The notes under the pieces: generated by a model
Databases searched by the model: none
What the model saw: only the letters and a program-made list of their open reading frames with translations
Told to the model about the DNA's origin: nothing
Position numbers and translations under genes: made by a program
Assembly: GCA_965223855.1 (NCBI GenBank)
Contig: CBDCXM010000009.1
Location: 1,510,206 to 1,574,205 of the forward strand
Source of the DNA: Candidatus Multivoradales bacterium
GTDB lineage: Bacteria > Acidobacteriota > Thermoanaerobaculia > Multivoradales > JAHEKO01
Length of the DNA stretch: 64,000 nt
Reading direction: 5' to 3'
In this document: positions 31,451-41,066 of the stretch, piece by piece
Layout: each line of letters starts with the position of its first letter
Position numbering within the stretch: position 1 is the first letter of the stretch

Positions 31451-32551
31451 ATGTTCCGTTGGATCAAGATTCGTGAGTACGAGCGCGGTCTCCTGTACCG
31501 AGACCGGGTGTTCCGGGAGTGCCTGAAGCCGGGGCGCCACTGGATCTTCGATCCGTTCCTGAAGGCGCGGGTCGAGCGGGTTTCGGTGCGCGACGTCTTC
31601 CTCGAGTCGAGCGACCTGGACGTGATCGTCCGCAGTGGGTCGCTCGGCGAAGAGGCGGTCGTGCTCGATCTCGAGGACCACGAGCGCGCGCTGGTCTGGG
31701 TGAACGGTCGTTTCTCGACTGTCCTGCGCCGTGGCCTGTGGGCGGTCTGGACCGTCTTCCACGAGGTCCGTACCGAGGTGATCGACGCCCGCAAGGTGCG
31801 TTTCGACCACCCGGCGCTCGCCGCCGTGCTGGCCGAGGAGAGCTCGCTGCGTCATCTGGACCCGGTGCAGGTCGAGTCGGGCTCGGTGGGCCTGGTGATG
31901 GTGAACGGCCGTCACGAGGCGACGCTCGAGCCGGGCCGCTATGCCCTGTGGAAGGACGTCGCGCGAGTGGGTGTCACGCACGTGAGTCTGCGAGAGCAGG
32001 CGATCGACGTCGCCGGTCAGGAGATCATGACCGCCGACAAGGTCACCCTGCGGCTCAACGCCGTCGTCGTCTTCCGGGTCGTCGATCCGGTGCAGGCGGT
32101 GACGTCGGTCGAGTCGTACGAGCAGGCTCTCTACCGTGAGGCTCAGCTGGCGCTGCGTCGAGTGATCGGCGCTCGCGAGCTCGACGAGCTCCTGTCCGAG
32201 AAGGACGAGGTGGCCGGCGAGCTCGAGGAGCTGGTCCGGCGCCGTGCCGGTGAGCTGGGCCTCCAGGTCGGCTCGCTCGGCATTCGCGACGTCATCCTGC
32301 CGGGTGACATGAAGGCGATCCTCAACCGGGTGACCGAGGCTCAGAAGGCTGCCGAGGCCGACCTCATCACCCGTCGCGAGGAGACCGCCTCCATGCGTTC
32401 GCAGGCCAACACCGCCCGAATCTTCGACTCGAACCCCGCGCTGATGCGTCTGCGTGAACTCGAGGTTCTCGAGAAGGTGGCGGACAAGGCCGATCTCACG
32501 GTGGTGCTGGGCGAGGGTGGCCTCGCCGAGAGAGTCACCAAGCTGCTGTGA
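31451..32551 (+). CDS. SPFH/Band-7 domain protein
   Basis: 366 aa. Strong RBS gagaggagg. SPFH core followed by a coiled-coil (AEADLITRREETASMRSQANTARIF). Confidence 0.75.
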   Translation: MFRWIKIREYERGLLYRDRVFRECLKPGRHWIFDPFLKARVERVSVRDVFLESSDLDVIVRSGSLGEEAVVLDLEDHERALVWVNGRFSTVLRRGLWAVWTVFHEVRTEVIDARKVRFDHPALAAVLAEESSLRHLDPVQVESGSVGLVMVNGRHEATLEPGRYALWKDVARVGVTHVSLREQAIDVAGQEIMTADKVTLRLNAVVVFRVVDPVQAVTSVESYEQALYREAQLALRRVIGARELDELLSEKDEVAGELEELVRRRAGELGLQVGSLGIRDVILPGDMKAILNRVTEAQKAAEADLITRREETASMRSQANTARIFDSNPALMRLRELEVLEKVADKADLTVVLGEGGLAERVTKLL

Positions 32552-32725
32552 GGTTTCACGGGCCGTCCCTTCGGGGGCGGCCCGATTTTCTGATGCCGCG
32601 CATCGGTGGTCGAGCGTCGATGCGATCCCTCGACGGGCCGCCTCTCCTGACCCCCGAATTCCCCGATTCGCCGACTTGGTTGCCTGGGAGTCTAGAAAGC
32701 GTGGAATCTACTGTGACGGGTAGGG

Positions 32726-34105
32726 GTGGGCATCAAGCGCGGCTGGGCGGGTAGTATCAGTTTCATGTATCGCCGGATCCTCCTGCGACGCCCTCTTGCC
32801 GTGGTCTCGGTGCTGGGGATGTATCTGGCCCCGCCTGCCGTCGCGGGAGCTGGTACCGTGGCAAGGCCGGTGGGCCCGGAGTTCCAGGTGAATTCGTACA
32901 CGACTGGAAGCCAGAGAGACGTAGATATCGGCTCAGATGGAGCTGGAGGGCTGGTGGTAGTTTGGGCAAGTGACGGCTCAGCCGGATCAGATAGCGACTG
33001 GCTGAGTATCCAGGCGCGGCGCTACGACGCTGACGGCTTTCCCGTCGGCGACCAGTTCCAGGTGAACACCTACACCACGTCCGCTCAGACCGCACCCTCT
33101 GTGAGCGCCAACGGTGGGGGTGGTTTCGTAGTCGTTTGGGATGACCTGGCCGGAGTCAAAGCTCGGGTCTACGACTCGAGCGGATCTCCTCTGGGAGACG
33201 AGTTCGTGGTGAATACCTATGCCGGGGGAAGCCTTCTCACCAGGGCGACTGTGGGCCCGTACATGGGAGGGTTCGTCGTGGCGTGGGAGGGGATCGGATC
33301 ACCAGGGACCGATACCGACTTCTTCAGTATTCAGGCCAGAAACTTCCTCCCCGACGGCTCCCCGATCGGAGATCAGTTTCAGGTCAACACCTACACGACC
33401 GGTGGCCAGGCCTTCGCGAACGTCTTTCTTGACGATGGTGGCTATTGGTTGACCTGGTCGAGCGAAGGGTCGTTCGGGTCGGACTCGAGCGGCCATAGCG
33501 TCCAGGGGCAGCGCTTTGGTTCGAACGGGAGTCCGATCGGGAACCAGTTCCAGGTGAACGCGTATACCGTGGGCGATCAGAGGAACTCGTCGCTATCACG
33601 GCTGGGTGAGAACGTCGTGGTCGTGTGGCGAGGACTGGGCGGTGCTGGGGACGACACCGAGGACTGGAGCGCCCAGGGGCGGGTGCTGGACTCTGAGGGA
33701 GTTCCCGTAGGTCAGGAGTTCCAAGTCAACAGTTACACGACATCTTGGCAGGGCTACCCGGTCGCTGCTGAGGCAAGAGGCGGCGTAGCCGTGGTCTGGA
33801 CCAGCGTCGGCTCCTGGGGCAGCGACTCAGATCTCTGGAGCATTCAGGGGCAGCTCTACCGTCAAGACGGAGTGCCGAGCGGAAATCAGTTTCAGGTCAA
33901 CACCTCCACCCTGGGGACTCAAACACATCCGGCTCTGGCAACCTTGGCCGACGATGGTTTCTTGGTCGTCTGGGCAAGCGAGAGTTCGGGCGCGGACGAC
34001 ACCGACTCGTGGAGTATCCAGGGTCAGCGCTTCGAAGGGGTCGGAATCTTCGCCGATGGCTTTGAGACGGGCGACTCCTCATCGTGGTCGACCTCAGTGC
34101 CCTGA
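32726..34105 (+). CDS. Secreted beta-propeller-like repeat protein (about 8 x ~45-aa 'FQVNTYTTGxQ...VVVW...SIQGQRF' repeats)
   Basis: Signal peptide. Regular repeats. C-terminal tail 'IFADGFETGDSSSWSTSVP' is shared with the 54331..55908 FG-GAP protein. Confidence 0.6.
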   Translation: MGIKRGWAGSISFMYRRILLRRPLAVVSVLGMYLAPPAVAGAGTVARPVGPEFQVNSYTTGSQRDVDIGSDGAGGLVVVWASDGSAGSDSDWLSIQARRYDADGFPVGDQFQVNTYTTSAQTAPSVSANGGGGFVVVWDDLAGVKARVYDSSGSPLGDEFVVNTYAGGSLLTRATVGPYMGGFVVAWEGIGSPGTDTDFFSIQARNFLPDGSPIGDQFQVNTYTTGGQAFANVFLDDGGYWLTWSSEGSFGSDSSGHSVQGQRFGSNGSPIGNQFQVNAYTVGDQRNSSLSRLGENVVVVWRGLGGAGDDTEDWSAQGRVLDSEGVPVGQEFQVNSYTTSWQGYPVAAEARGGVAVVWTSVGSWGSDSDLWSIQGQLYRQDGVPSGNQFQVNTSTLGTQTHPALATLADDGFLVVWASESSGADDTDSWSIQGQRFEGVGIFADGFETGDSSSWSTSVP

Positions 34106-34116
34106 GAACGCCGGCC

Positions 34117-35031
34117 TCACACCCCCGCCAACGTCCCCCTCGACCACATCCAGTGGAGGCTCGCCAGCGCGGCCAGGTTCCAGAAGACGAACGCCGCCTT
34201 GATGAGCCACTGCGGATAGGACCGCTCGCGGTAGACGAACATCGCATCGATCGCGAAACCGGCGGCGGCCGCGAGCAGGAAGAGCGAGATGTACGGGTCC
34301 CGGTAGACCTGCCAGACGATGCCGGCCTCCGTGAGCAGCAGGCCGCAGAGCAGCGCCTTGCTCGGCAGCACCCCGATCGCCACCGCCGTGGTGATCCTGC
34401 CGGCCGAGCGGTCGGGCTCGACGTCCATGATCTGCCCGAAGAGGTGGGAGTGCATGGCGAAGAGCGCCGAGAAGAGGAGGGTGGCGGCGGGGAGTGACGG
34501 CGCGTCGTTGATCCACGAGCTGAAGAGGAAGACCAGCAGGTAGCCGGCCTGCATCAGCAGGTCGAATCCCGGCTTCGCCTTGAGCGCGAGGCCCGGGGCG
34601 TTGTAGAGGGCGTTGACGCCGACCGCGAGAGCGAGCCAGATCGCCATCCGCGCGCCGCCGAACCAGAACACCGGCCCGAGAGCGACGAGCTGGATGCCGA
34701 CGATCCACGCCGGTAGCGAGGCGAGCTGCGCCGGCCGGCCGCGGGCACCGAAGAGGAGACCGCCCTTGCGCGGATTGCGACGGTCGGTCTCGGCGTCCCC
34801 GAGGTCGTTCCAGGCGTAGAGCAGGTGGCCGAGCGGTAGCGTCACGTAGGCGAGCCCGACCCAGAAGCTCGGTCGCGAGAAGTAGTCCTCCCGCGCGAGC
34901 GGCAGGGCGTAGAACCAGACGTGGGTCGTCCAGAAGCCCGGACGGGAAGACAGCAGCTGGAAGTAGAGCGCTCCCGACGGGCGATCGGTGGCTGGTGGCG
35001 CCTTCTCGCGCGCGACTGTCTCCGGGGGCAT
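34117..35031 (-). CDS. UbiA-family prenyltransferase
   Basis: 304 aa, about 8 TM helices. 'NDLGDAETDRRNPRK' Asp-rich motif of the UbiA superfamily. Confidence 0.85.
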   Translation of the reverse strand: MPPETVAREKAPPATDRPSGALYFQLLSSRPGFWTTHVWFYALPLAREDYFSRPSFWVGLAYVTLPLGHLLYAWNDLGDAETDRRNPRKGGLLFGARGRPAQLASLPAWIVGIQLVALGPVFWFGGARMAIWLALAVGVNALYNAPGLALKAKPGFDLLMQAGYLLVFLFSSWINDAPSLPAATLLFSALFAMHSHLFGQIMDVEPDRSAGRITTAVAIGVLPSKALLCGLLLTEAGIVWQVYRDPYISLFLLAAAAGFAIDAMFVYRERSYPQWLIKAAFVFWNLAALASLHWMWSRGTLAGV

Positions 35032-35210
35032 GTCCCGTCACTCTAAGCGAGGGGAGCCGGCTGCCAGACCCTACGGAGGAAAGTCCTTCAGTCCTTTCGC
35101 GCAGGCCACGCAGCTTACGATCAGGAAAGTTCCCCCGCGGCCCTCTTTCTCCGCCGGTCCCGTTCTACCTGTCAGGTGGGTACTACGCGCAACGCCGAAA
35201 GGAGGCCGTC

Positions 35211-35960
35211 ATGAAGCGAACACTCGTGTGGCAGCGAAGGGCAGCAGGGATCCTCTACCGGGCAGGTCTGTGGATGGTCACCGTCGTGGGTCTAACGGCT
35301 ATGCCGGCATCGGCGTCGTGTCCGGGAGCGGGCGTCTACGAGATCTTCAGAGTCGACCGCACCCTGGAGAACACACATCTGGTTCTCGACGCGTTCGAAA
35401 GCAAGAACGGCCGGGCGGTGGTCCTGAGAAGCCGCCAGCACGACGACACTCAGCTCTGGATCCTGAAGTTTACGAACTACCTCCTATACGTGGACGACAA
35501 GGGCGCCACGACCGGCCGTGGACCCGGGTGGGGGTGCACGCTTCGACAGAAGAGTCGAGTCGTCCACGAGAGAGAGGACGGCTACCTCGACAGCGTCCGC
35601 AGGTTCCCCCTGCCGGCCGGCTATGCGCGGACGAGGCTCGTCACCCGGCAACGCGATCGGAGATGGCCGGGTCGAGCGAATGGGTCCGGGTCCGGCGACC
35701 CCGACACGTTCGAGAAACTCTGGGTGGACTCGAGCCAGGTGTGGGACTTCACGCCGGTCATGGTCGATGGAAAGCTAGAGTTCCTCTACATCGACGGCTG
35801 CCTCGCCGTCGTCTACACGATCCGGCAACGAAGAGACTACGGGTACCTGGATGTCGCCGGCGATGGGGACAGCCAGGAGAAGCTTCTCGAGGGGCAGGTC
35901 ATCACGCGACCGTTCGACCTTGGAGGTCGATGGGCGATGAAGCGCGAGGATTGCAAGTAG
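35211..35960 (+). CDS. Secreted hypothetical protein, possible ricin-B-like (beta-trefoil) fold
   Basis: RBS aaaggagg precedes ATG 35211. Signal peptide. QxW-like 'DTQLWILKF' and 'SQVWDF'. Upstream part of the tracked ORF judged non-coding. Confidence 0.45.
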   Translation: MKRTLVWQRRAAGILYRAGLWMVTVVGLTAMPASASCPGAGVYEIFRVDRTLENTHLVLDAFESKNGRAVVLRSRQHDDTQLWILKFTNYLLYVDDKGATTGRGPGWGCTLRQKSRVVHEREDGYLDSVRRFPLPAGYARTRLVTRQRDRRWPGRANGSGSGDPDTFEKLWVDSSQVWDFTPVMVDGKLEFLYIDGCLAVVYTIRQRRDYGYLDVAGDGDSQEKLLEGQVITRPFDLGGRWAMKREDCK

Positions 35961-36061
35961 AGCCCCGAGGGGACTTTCGCTCACGGCTGAGCCGCCAGGG
36001 AAGCACGCCGCGGCGGCGGCGGTTGAAGAGGTCGAGACCTCGACCACCAGGGAGCCTGCCG

Positions 36062-36604
36062 ATGAGAACCGCCACCCGCCCTGCCCTCGCCCTTGCCTTC
36101 GTTGCTGTTGCGGCCCCACTGCTCCTGGGCGCGGAAAGCAGCCCCGCCATCGACTTCGACGGCTTCCTCGACGACTCGCAAGCCGCGCGCGAGCTGCGGG
36201 ACCGGAGGATCGTCGATCTCGACCGCTTCAAGGCGCTCGCCGCCGAAGGAGCCGTCATCCTCGACACCAGGAGCCGTGCCGCCTTCGAGCGCCGCCACCT
36301 TTCCGGCGCCGCACACCTGAACTTCTCCGACATCACGGCCGACACCCTGCGGCGGATCATCGGATCTCGCGACCAGACCGTGCTGATCTACTGCAACAAC
36401 AACTTCGAGCTCGACGAAGAGGCGTTCCCCCGGAAGATCGAAGAGGCCGCACTCAACATTCCGACCTTCATTGCCCTCTACAGCTACGGATACCGCAACG
36501 TCTACGAGTTGGGTGGCCTGTTTCGGGTGGATGACCCGAGACTGGAGTTCGGCGGTAGTCGCGATGGAAGTTCAGAGGACCGCCCCTCGGCACCCTCTGG
36601 CTAG
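36062..36604 (+). CDS. Secreted rhodanese-like domain protein
   Basis: Signal peptide MRTATRPALALAFVAVAAPLLLGA. Rhodanese layout with active-site loop 'YCNNNFE'. Confidence 0.7.
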   Translation: MRTATRPALALAFVAVAAPLLLGAESSPAIDFDGFLDDSQAARELRDRRIVDLDRFKALAAEGAVILDTRSRAAFERRHLSGAAHLNFSDITADTLRRIIGSRDQTVLIYCNNNFELDEEAFPRKIEEAALNIPTFIALYSYGYRNVYELGGLFRVDDPRLEFGGSRDGSSEDRPSAPSG

Positions 36605-36672
36605 GGCCGGCTCAGGCCTTCGCGGTGTCGAGCCGGATCAGCGCTTCGGGTGCGAGATCCGGGACCCCGCGA

Positions 36673-37896
36673 TCAGCCCGGCGGCAGCAGCTCGAGCACC
36701 TCCGCCCGCAGCGCCTCGAACATGTCCTCCATCACTCCCGAGTGGTAGCGCGCCAGCGTGCCGTCGGGAGCGATGACGACGGTGCTCGGCAGGCCGGGGG
36801 AGTGCAGCGCCCGAAAGAACGAGCCGTCGACGTCGAGCGCCACTGGGATCTCGAGCTCTCGGCCGGCGAGGAACTTCGTGACCGCAGCGCTCTGCTCCTC
36901 CATGCCATCGAAGGTCTCGAGAGTGCTGACTGCGTAGACTTCGATCGGGTGGCCGCTCGTCTCGACCCAGGCAGCGAGCTGCTCGATCTCCTCGAGAGCC
37001 GACCAGCAAGGCACGCACCAGGTGGCCCAGAAGTCGAGCACCACGACCGAGCCGCGCAGGTCGGCGAGCTCGACGGCCTCACCGCCGAGGGTGGCGACTC
37101 GGGCTTCCGGGGCGCTGGTACCCAGCGGGTAGGCGCTCGCTTCGAGGGCGGCGAAGTCGGCGACCGCGGTTCGATCGCCGGGGTCGAACGACAGCCTGGC
37201 GGCCAGGTTGGCGGGATCACCTTGCTCGAACACGCCGCTGCCGCTCACCTGATGGCCTTCGGCGCCGACGGTGAGAGCGAAGGCGAGCAGTTCGTGAGTC
37301 TCGGTGTCGAAGGACACGCGAAGGCTGCCGTTGTCGGCCGTCAGCGTGACGGCTCGCGCGACGCGGCCGTCGAGGCTGTCTTCCTCGACCGCCGTCGGCT
37401 CGAGCGGTCCCAGAATGCCGAAACCGAGAGCATCGACGAACGCCTCGCGGCTGCCGGTGACCGCTGCGGCAAGGGGCGGTGCCGGCTTGAGCCCGACCTG
37501 ATCGGCGCCGATCGCCACCAACCCGCTCGCGAAGTCACCTGTCAGCGGAGCCGACACGTAGGAACGCGCCACGTTGAACTGTGTCGCGTACATGCGACCG
37601 CCGGTGGCGACGACGCGCATCAGCGCGGTGCCGGAAGCATCGACCATCGCCATGTACGCGTCGGCGCCGTCGCGACCGTACTCGATCGCCTTCTTCTCGG
37701 TCCGCCCGTCGGGCAGGGTCACCTCGAAGCGCATGGTGCCGGCGAAACGCTGCGCCGTGGAGTACGCCGCGACCGCGTCGGCGAGGACTGTTTCCGCGTC
37801 GGGCGCCCCGGCGCCGTCGGCGCGGACACTGTCGATCGTCAGGACGGCTCCCGCCAGCCCGAGCGAGAGGGCGAGCACTGCCTTCGTGCGTCTCAT
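36673..37896 (-). CDS. TlpA-like thiol-disulfide oxidoreductase with N-terminal extra domain
   Basis: Signal peptide. C-terminal thioredoxin fold with 'WATWCVPC' CxxC motif. Confidence 0.8.
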   Translation of the reverse strand: MRRTKAVLALSLGLAGAVLTIDSVRADGAGAPDAETVLADAVAAYSTAQRFAGTMRFEVTLPDGRTEKKAIEYGRDGADAYMAMVDASGTALMRVVATGGRMYATQFNVARSYVSAPLTGDFASGLVAIGADQVGLKPAPPLAAAVTGSREAFVDALGFGILGPLEPTAVEEDSLDGRVARAVTLTADNGSLRVSFDTETHELLAFALTVGAEGHQVSGSGVFEQGDPANLAARLSFDPGDRTAVADFAALEASAYPLGTSAPEARVATLGGEAVELADLRGSVVVLDFWATWCVPCWSALEEIEQLAAWVETSGHPIEVYAVSTLETFDGMEEQSAAVTKFLAGRELEIPVALDVDGSFFRALHSPGLPSTVVIAPDGTLARYHSGVMEDMFEALRAEVLELLPPG

Positions 37897-37977
37897 ACCT
37901 ATCGAGACGCACCTGTGGCGAGAAGGTTCCCTGTCCGCGCTTCAGTTGGCCTGCCGGCTCTCGAGTTTCGTCGACAC

Positions 37978-40383
37978 CTAGCGTCTGCGGCTCTTGAGGG
38001 CGCTGCACGCCGGTCGGCTCCCTCCGTCGCACGCCTTGCGAAACCATCTGCGTGCCTCGGAAGGGCTCTTGCCGACGCCGCCTTCGCCCTTCTCGTACAT
38101 CTTGCCGAGCCAGTAGCAGCCGTGGGGCGAGCCGCCGTTGCAGCCGCGTCGGAACAACTGCAAGGCCCTGGCGGGGTCCTTTCTCACCCCATCGCCGTTG
38201 CGGTAGGCGCCTCCCAGATTCGCGCAGCCCGTGGCGTGGCCCTTGGTGCACCCTTGCTGGAAGAGGCTCGCGGCCTGGCTTCGACTCTCGGGCACCCCCT
38301 CTCCTTTGTGGTAGTGAATACCGAGCCAGGTGCAGCCGCGGCCGTCTCCTCCATTGCAGCCGCGACGATAGAGTTCCGCCGCTCTCTCGTAGCTCTTTCG
38401 GACGCCGGTACCGTTGCGGTACATCAGTGCCAGGTCCGTACAGCTCTCCGGGGCGCCAGCCTCGCAGCCCTGCCGGTGTCGGTCGAGGTCTCTCGAGATG
38501 CGCTCCGCGTTGGCCAGCTCTCTGCAGCCGCGAGCGTCGCCTCCGTCGCAGGCCTGCCGAAGGAAGTCCACCGACCGCTCGTGGCTCCAGGTCACGCCAT
38601 CGCCCTCGCGGTACCGGAGCCCGAGGCTCGTGCAGGCGTCGGGCTTCCCTTCCGCGCACTCCTCTCGCTGCCTCGCGGCCTCCTGCATGGCGGCCAGCTT
38701 TGCGCAGCCGTCGTCGTATCCTCCGTCGCAGACCCGCCGGTAGAGCTCTTTCGCCGCTGCCTCGCTCGGTTCTACGCCGCGGCCCTGCTCGTATCGGTTT
38801 CCGAGGTTGAGGCAGGCCAGGGGGTCTCCCCGATCGCACGCCTGGCGGAACAGATCGAGCGCCTTCGAGTCGCTCTGCGCCACGCCCTCGCCCGCCTCGT
38901 ACAGGGCCGCCAGGTGGGAACAGGCCGGCGAGCTGCCTGCCTCGCAGGCCGACTGAAAGAGTTCCGCTGCCTTCACATCGTCCTCCGGCACGCCCCTGCC
39001 CTGCTCGTGCAGCATTCCCAGGTGGGTGCACCCGAGGGGGTCTCCGCCGTCGCAGCCGCGTTTCAGCATCGCCGCAGCCTTGGACAGGTTGCGGCTGTGC
39101 AGCTCGGCGAGATCGATTCCGATCCTCGAGCAACCCTCTGCGTCGCCGCCCTCGCACCCCCTCCCATAGAACTCGGTCGCCTTCGACCGATCCTGCAATA
39201 CGCCCTGGCCCTCCTCGTGCAGGACACCGAGCTTCGTGCAGCCGAGGCCGCTGCCTCCGTCGCACGCTCTTCGGTAAGACTCTGCCGCTCGCGCGTAGCT
39301 CTGCGCCAGACCCACTCCCCCCTCGTAACGAAGCCCGACTTCGGAGCACGCGAGGGGGGCGCCGCCGTCGCAGGCGTCCACAAGCTGCGCGGCCTCTTCC
39401 GCTTCGCCGGCGACGTCCGCCATGCCGGGACTCGCCATGGGGAGTTCGGGAGACGTCGGCATCGCCGCCTTCGGCGAGTCGTACGCCGGTGCGAGGACCG
39501 GCACCTCCGGTTTCGGCGGGAGCCGGAAGACGAAGTCGCCTTCGTCGAGGTCCGGATCCCGGATCGTGCCTCTCTGCGGCGTTTGTCCGACCTCGTAGTC
39601 CACGACCTCGTCGTGAAGATAGGAGCCCAGCTCGGTTCCCGTGACGAAGCCGTCCTCGTTGTAGTCGGCTGCCCCCTCGAGGCCGCGGACGAAGAGCGGG
39701 GTGAAGACGCTCTTGGCCGGAACCGTCTCGTCGTCGCGGCCGGCAGTGATGAACTGCCGTACGGGTAGGAGAGTCTTGGCGGTAATGTGTCGCGGTTCCT
39801 GGTCGCCCTTGACCTTGAAGAGGGTGCCGGCGAAACAACTGTCGAAGACGAACAGCACGTGTTTCGACTCGATCTCGGCGGCGAGCTTCATGACGGATTC
39901 CATGCTGACCGCCATCCTCTTGAACTTTCTCCTCTCGACGGCCGGCAGTGGTGCGTCGGCCGGCACGATGTAGCCGCGCTTGCCGCGTCGCCCGAGGTTC
40001 TCGGAGTGACCGTGACCGGAGTAGAAGATCAGAAGCTGGTGATCGGGAGCGTCGTAGCCGTAGTCATCGACGAAGCCCTCGAGCGCGGCGCTGAGCTCCC
40101 GGCTGTCGGGATTGCGGATGCGGCGTACTTCGAAGCCCAGCTCGGTGAGAGTCGCCTCGACCTGGTCGAGCTCGCTCTGCACCGTTGAGAGCGGGTCCCA
40201 ACCCGACGTGTAGTCGCCGACGCCGATGACCAGCGCATACTTCCCGGTGTAGAGCGGAGCCGGAGCCGGCACGGCCTCGACCAGCATCGAGCCCTTCTCC
40301 TGAGCGAGGGCCTGTGAGCAGACACACGCCGCCAACAGGGCGCCCGCAAGCAATGACGCGCCATTCGATCGTCGTTCGAACAT
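37978..40383 (-). CDS. Secreted caspase-like (peptidase C14) domain fused to about 12 cysteine-bearing Sel1-like repeats
   Basis: Signal peptide MFERRSNGASLLAGALLAACVCSQALA. Caspase His/Cys dyad contexts 'LIFYSGHGHS' and 'FVFDSCFAG'. C-terminal tandem 'AAELYRRGCDGGDxxGCxxLGxxYxxGxGV' Sel1/Hcp-like repeats. Confidence 0.75.
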   Translation of the reverse strand: MFERRSNGASLLAGALLAACVCSQALAQEKGSMLVEAVPAPAPLYTGKYALVIGVGDYTSGWDPLSTVQSELDQVEATLTELGFEVRRIRNPDSRELSAALEGFVDDYGYDAPDHQLLIFYSGHGHSENLGRRGKRGYIVPADAPLPAVERRKFKRMAVSMESVMKLAAEIESKHVLFVFDSCFAGTLFKVKGDQEPRHITAKTLLPVRQFITAGRDDETVPAKSVFTPLFVRGLEGAADYNEDGFVTGTELGSYLHDEVVDYEVGQTPQRGTIRDPDLDEGDFVFRLPPKPEVPVLAPAYDSPKAAMPTSPELPMASPGMADVAGEAEEAAQLVDACDGGAPLACSEVGLRYEGGVGLAQSYARAAESYRRACDGGSGLGCTKLGVLHEEGQGVLQDRSKATEFYGRGCEGGDAEGCSRIGIDLAELHSRNLSKAAAMLKRGCDGGDPLGCTHLGMLHEQGRGVPEDDVKAAELFQSACEAGSSPACSHLAALYEAGEGVAQSDSKALDLFRQACDRGDPLACLNLGNRYEQGRGVEPSEAAAKELYRRVCDGGYDDGCAKLAAMQEAARQREECAEGKPDACTSLGLRYREGDGVTWSHERSVDFLRQACDGGDARGCRELANAERISRDLDRHRQGCEAGAPESCTDLALMYRNGTGVRKSYERAAELYRRGCNGGDGRGCTWLGIHYHKGEGVPESRSQAASLFQQGCTKGHATGCANLGGAYRNGDGVRKDPARALQLFRRGCNGGSPHGCYWLGKMYEKGEGGVGKSPSEARRWFRKACDGGSRPACSALKSRRR

Positions 40384-40635
40384 CGGTGGCCTCCAGCAGA
40401 CTGAACGGAAGCACGATTCGTCGCGGGCCATCACCCGCGGCGCTCTGAAGAGGGGTTGGACCGCCATTGTAAGGCGGTCCAACCCGAGCCGGCTATGCGA
40501 GCCGGCCATGCGAGAGCCTCGAACTGCGTCGTGGAACTCTCCGACCCGGCAGTAGCCGCAGCTGAGCCGGCGGACGGGTAGAGCGGGTCGGTGACTCCCG
40601 AAGAGGAGCGTCCGGCCGGAAGGGCTTCTCGGGAG

Positions 40636-41031
40636 TCAGCCGGTTCGGCTGTCGCCGGCGAGAACACCGGAGAACGACTTGCGGTAGACCCGCGCCAGGT
40701 AGATCCCCAGGACCAGCGACACGATCGGCAGCAGCAAGCCGTCGGGCGTCGGCGCGAGAAAGACATGGAACAGGAAGATGTTCAAGACCACGGGAGCGAG
40801 AACGACGAGCGCGAGCGGCACCCAGCGGCCGATCAGGAGGAGCACGCCGCAGACCACCTCTGTCGCCTTGATCAGCGGCAGCATGTAGCCGGTCGCGGCC
40901 AGAGCGCCCATGAAGGAACCCGCAGCCTCCGGCATCGGCGGCACCGGGATGAAATTGAAGAAGCCGTTGAGGCCGAAGACGGTGAAGATGAGGCCGAGCA
41001 GCACTCGGGCGATCAGGGGAGCCTTGTTCAC
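40636..41031 (-). CDS. DoxX-family membrane protein
   Basis: 131 aa, 4 TM helices, DoxX-like. Confidence 0.65.
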   Translation of the reverse strand: MNKAPLIARVLLGLIFTVFGLNGFFNFIPVPPMPEAAGSFMGALAATGYMLPLIKATEVVCGVLLLIGRWVPLALVVLAPVVLNIFLFHVFLAPTPDGLLLPIVSLVLGIYLARVYRKSFSGVLAGDSRTG

Positions 41032-41066
41032 GAGGGAGTTCTCCTTCTTGTTGGCTGGTTCGACCT

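Noticed and set aside
36625-39838. 1047-aa plus-strand and 767-aa minus-strand ORFs spanning the TlpA and caspase-Sel1 region.
   Set aside because: Low-complexity Arg/Gly/Ala-rich translations without domains. Antisense or out-of-frame to genes with clear signatures (WCVPC thioredoxin, caspase, Sel1 repeats).
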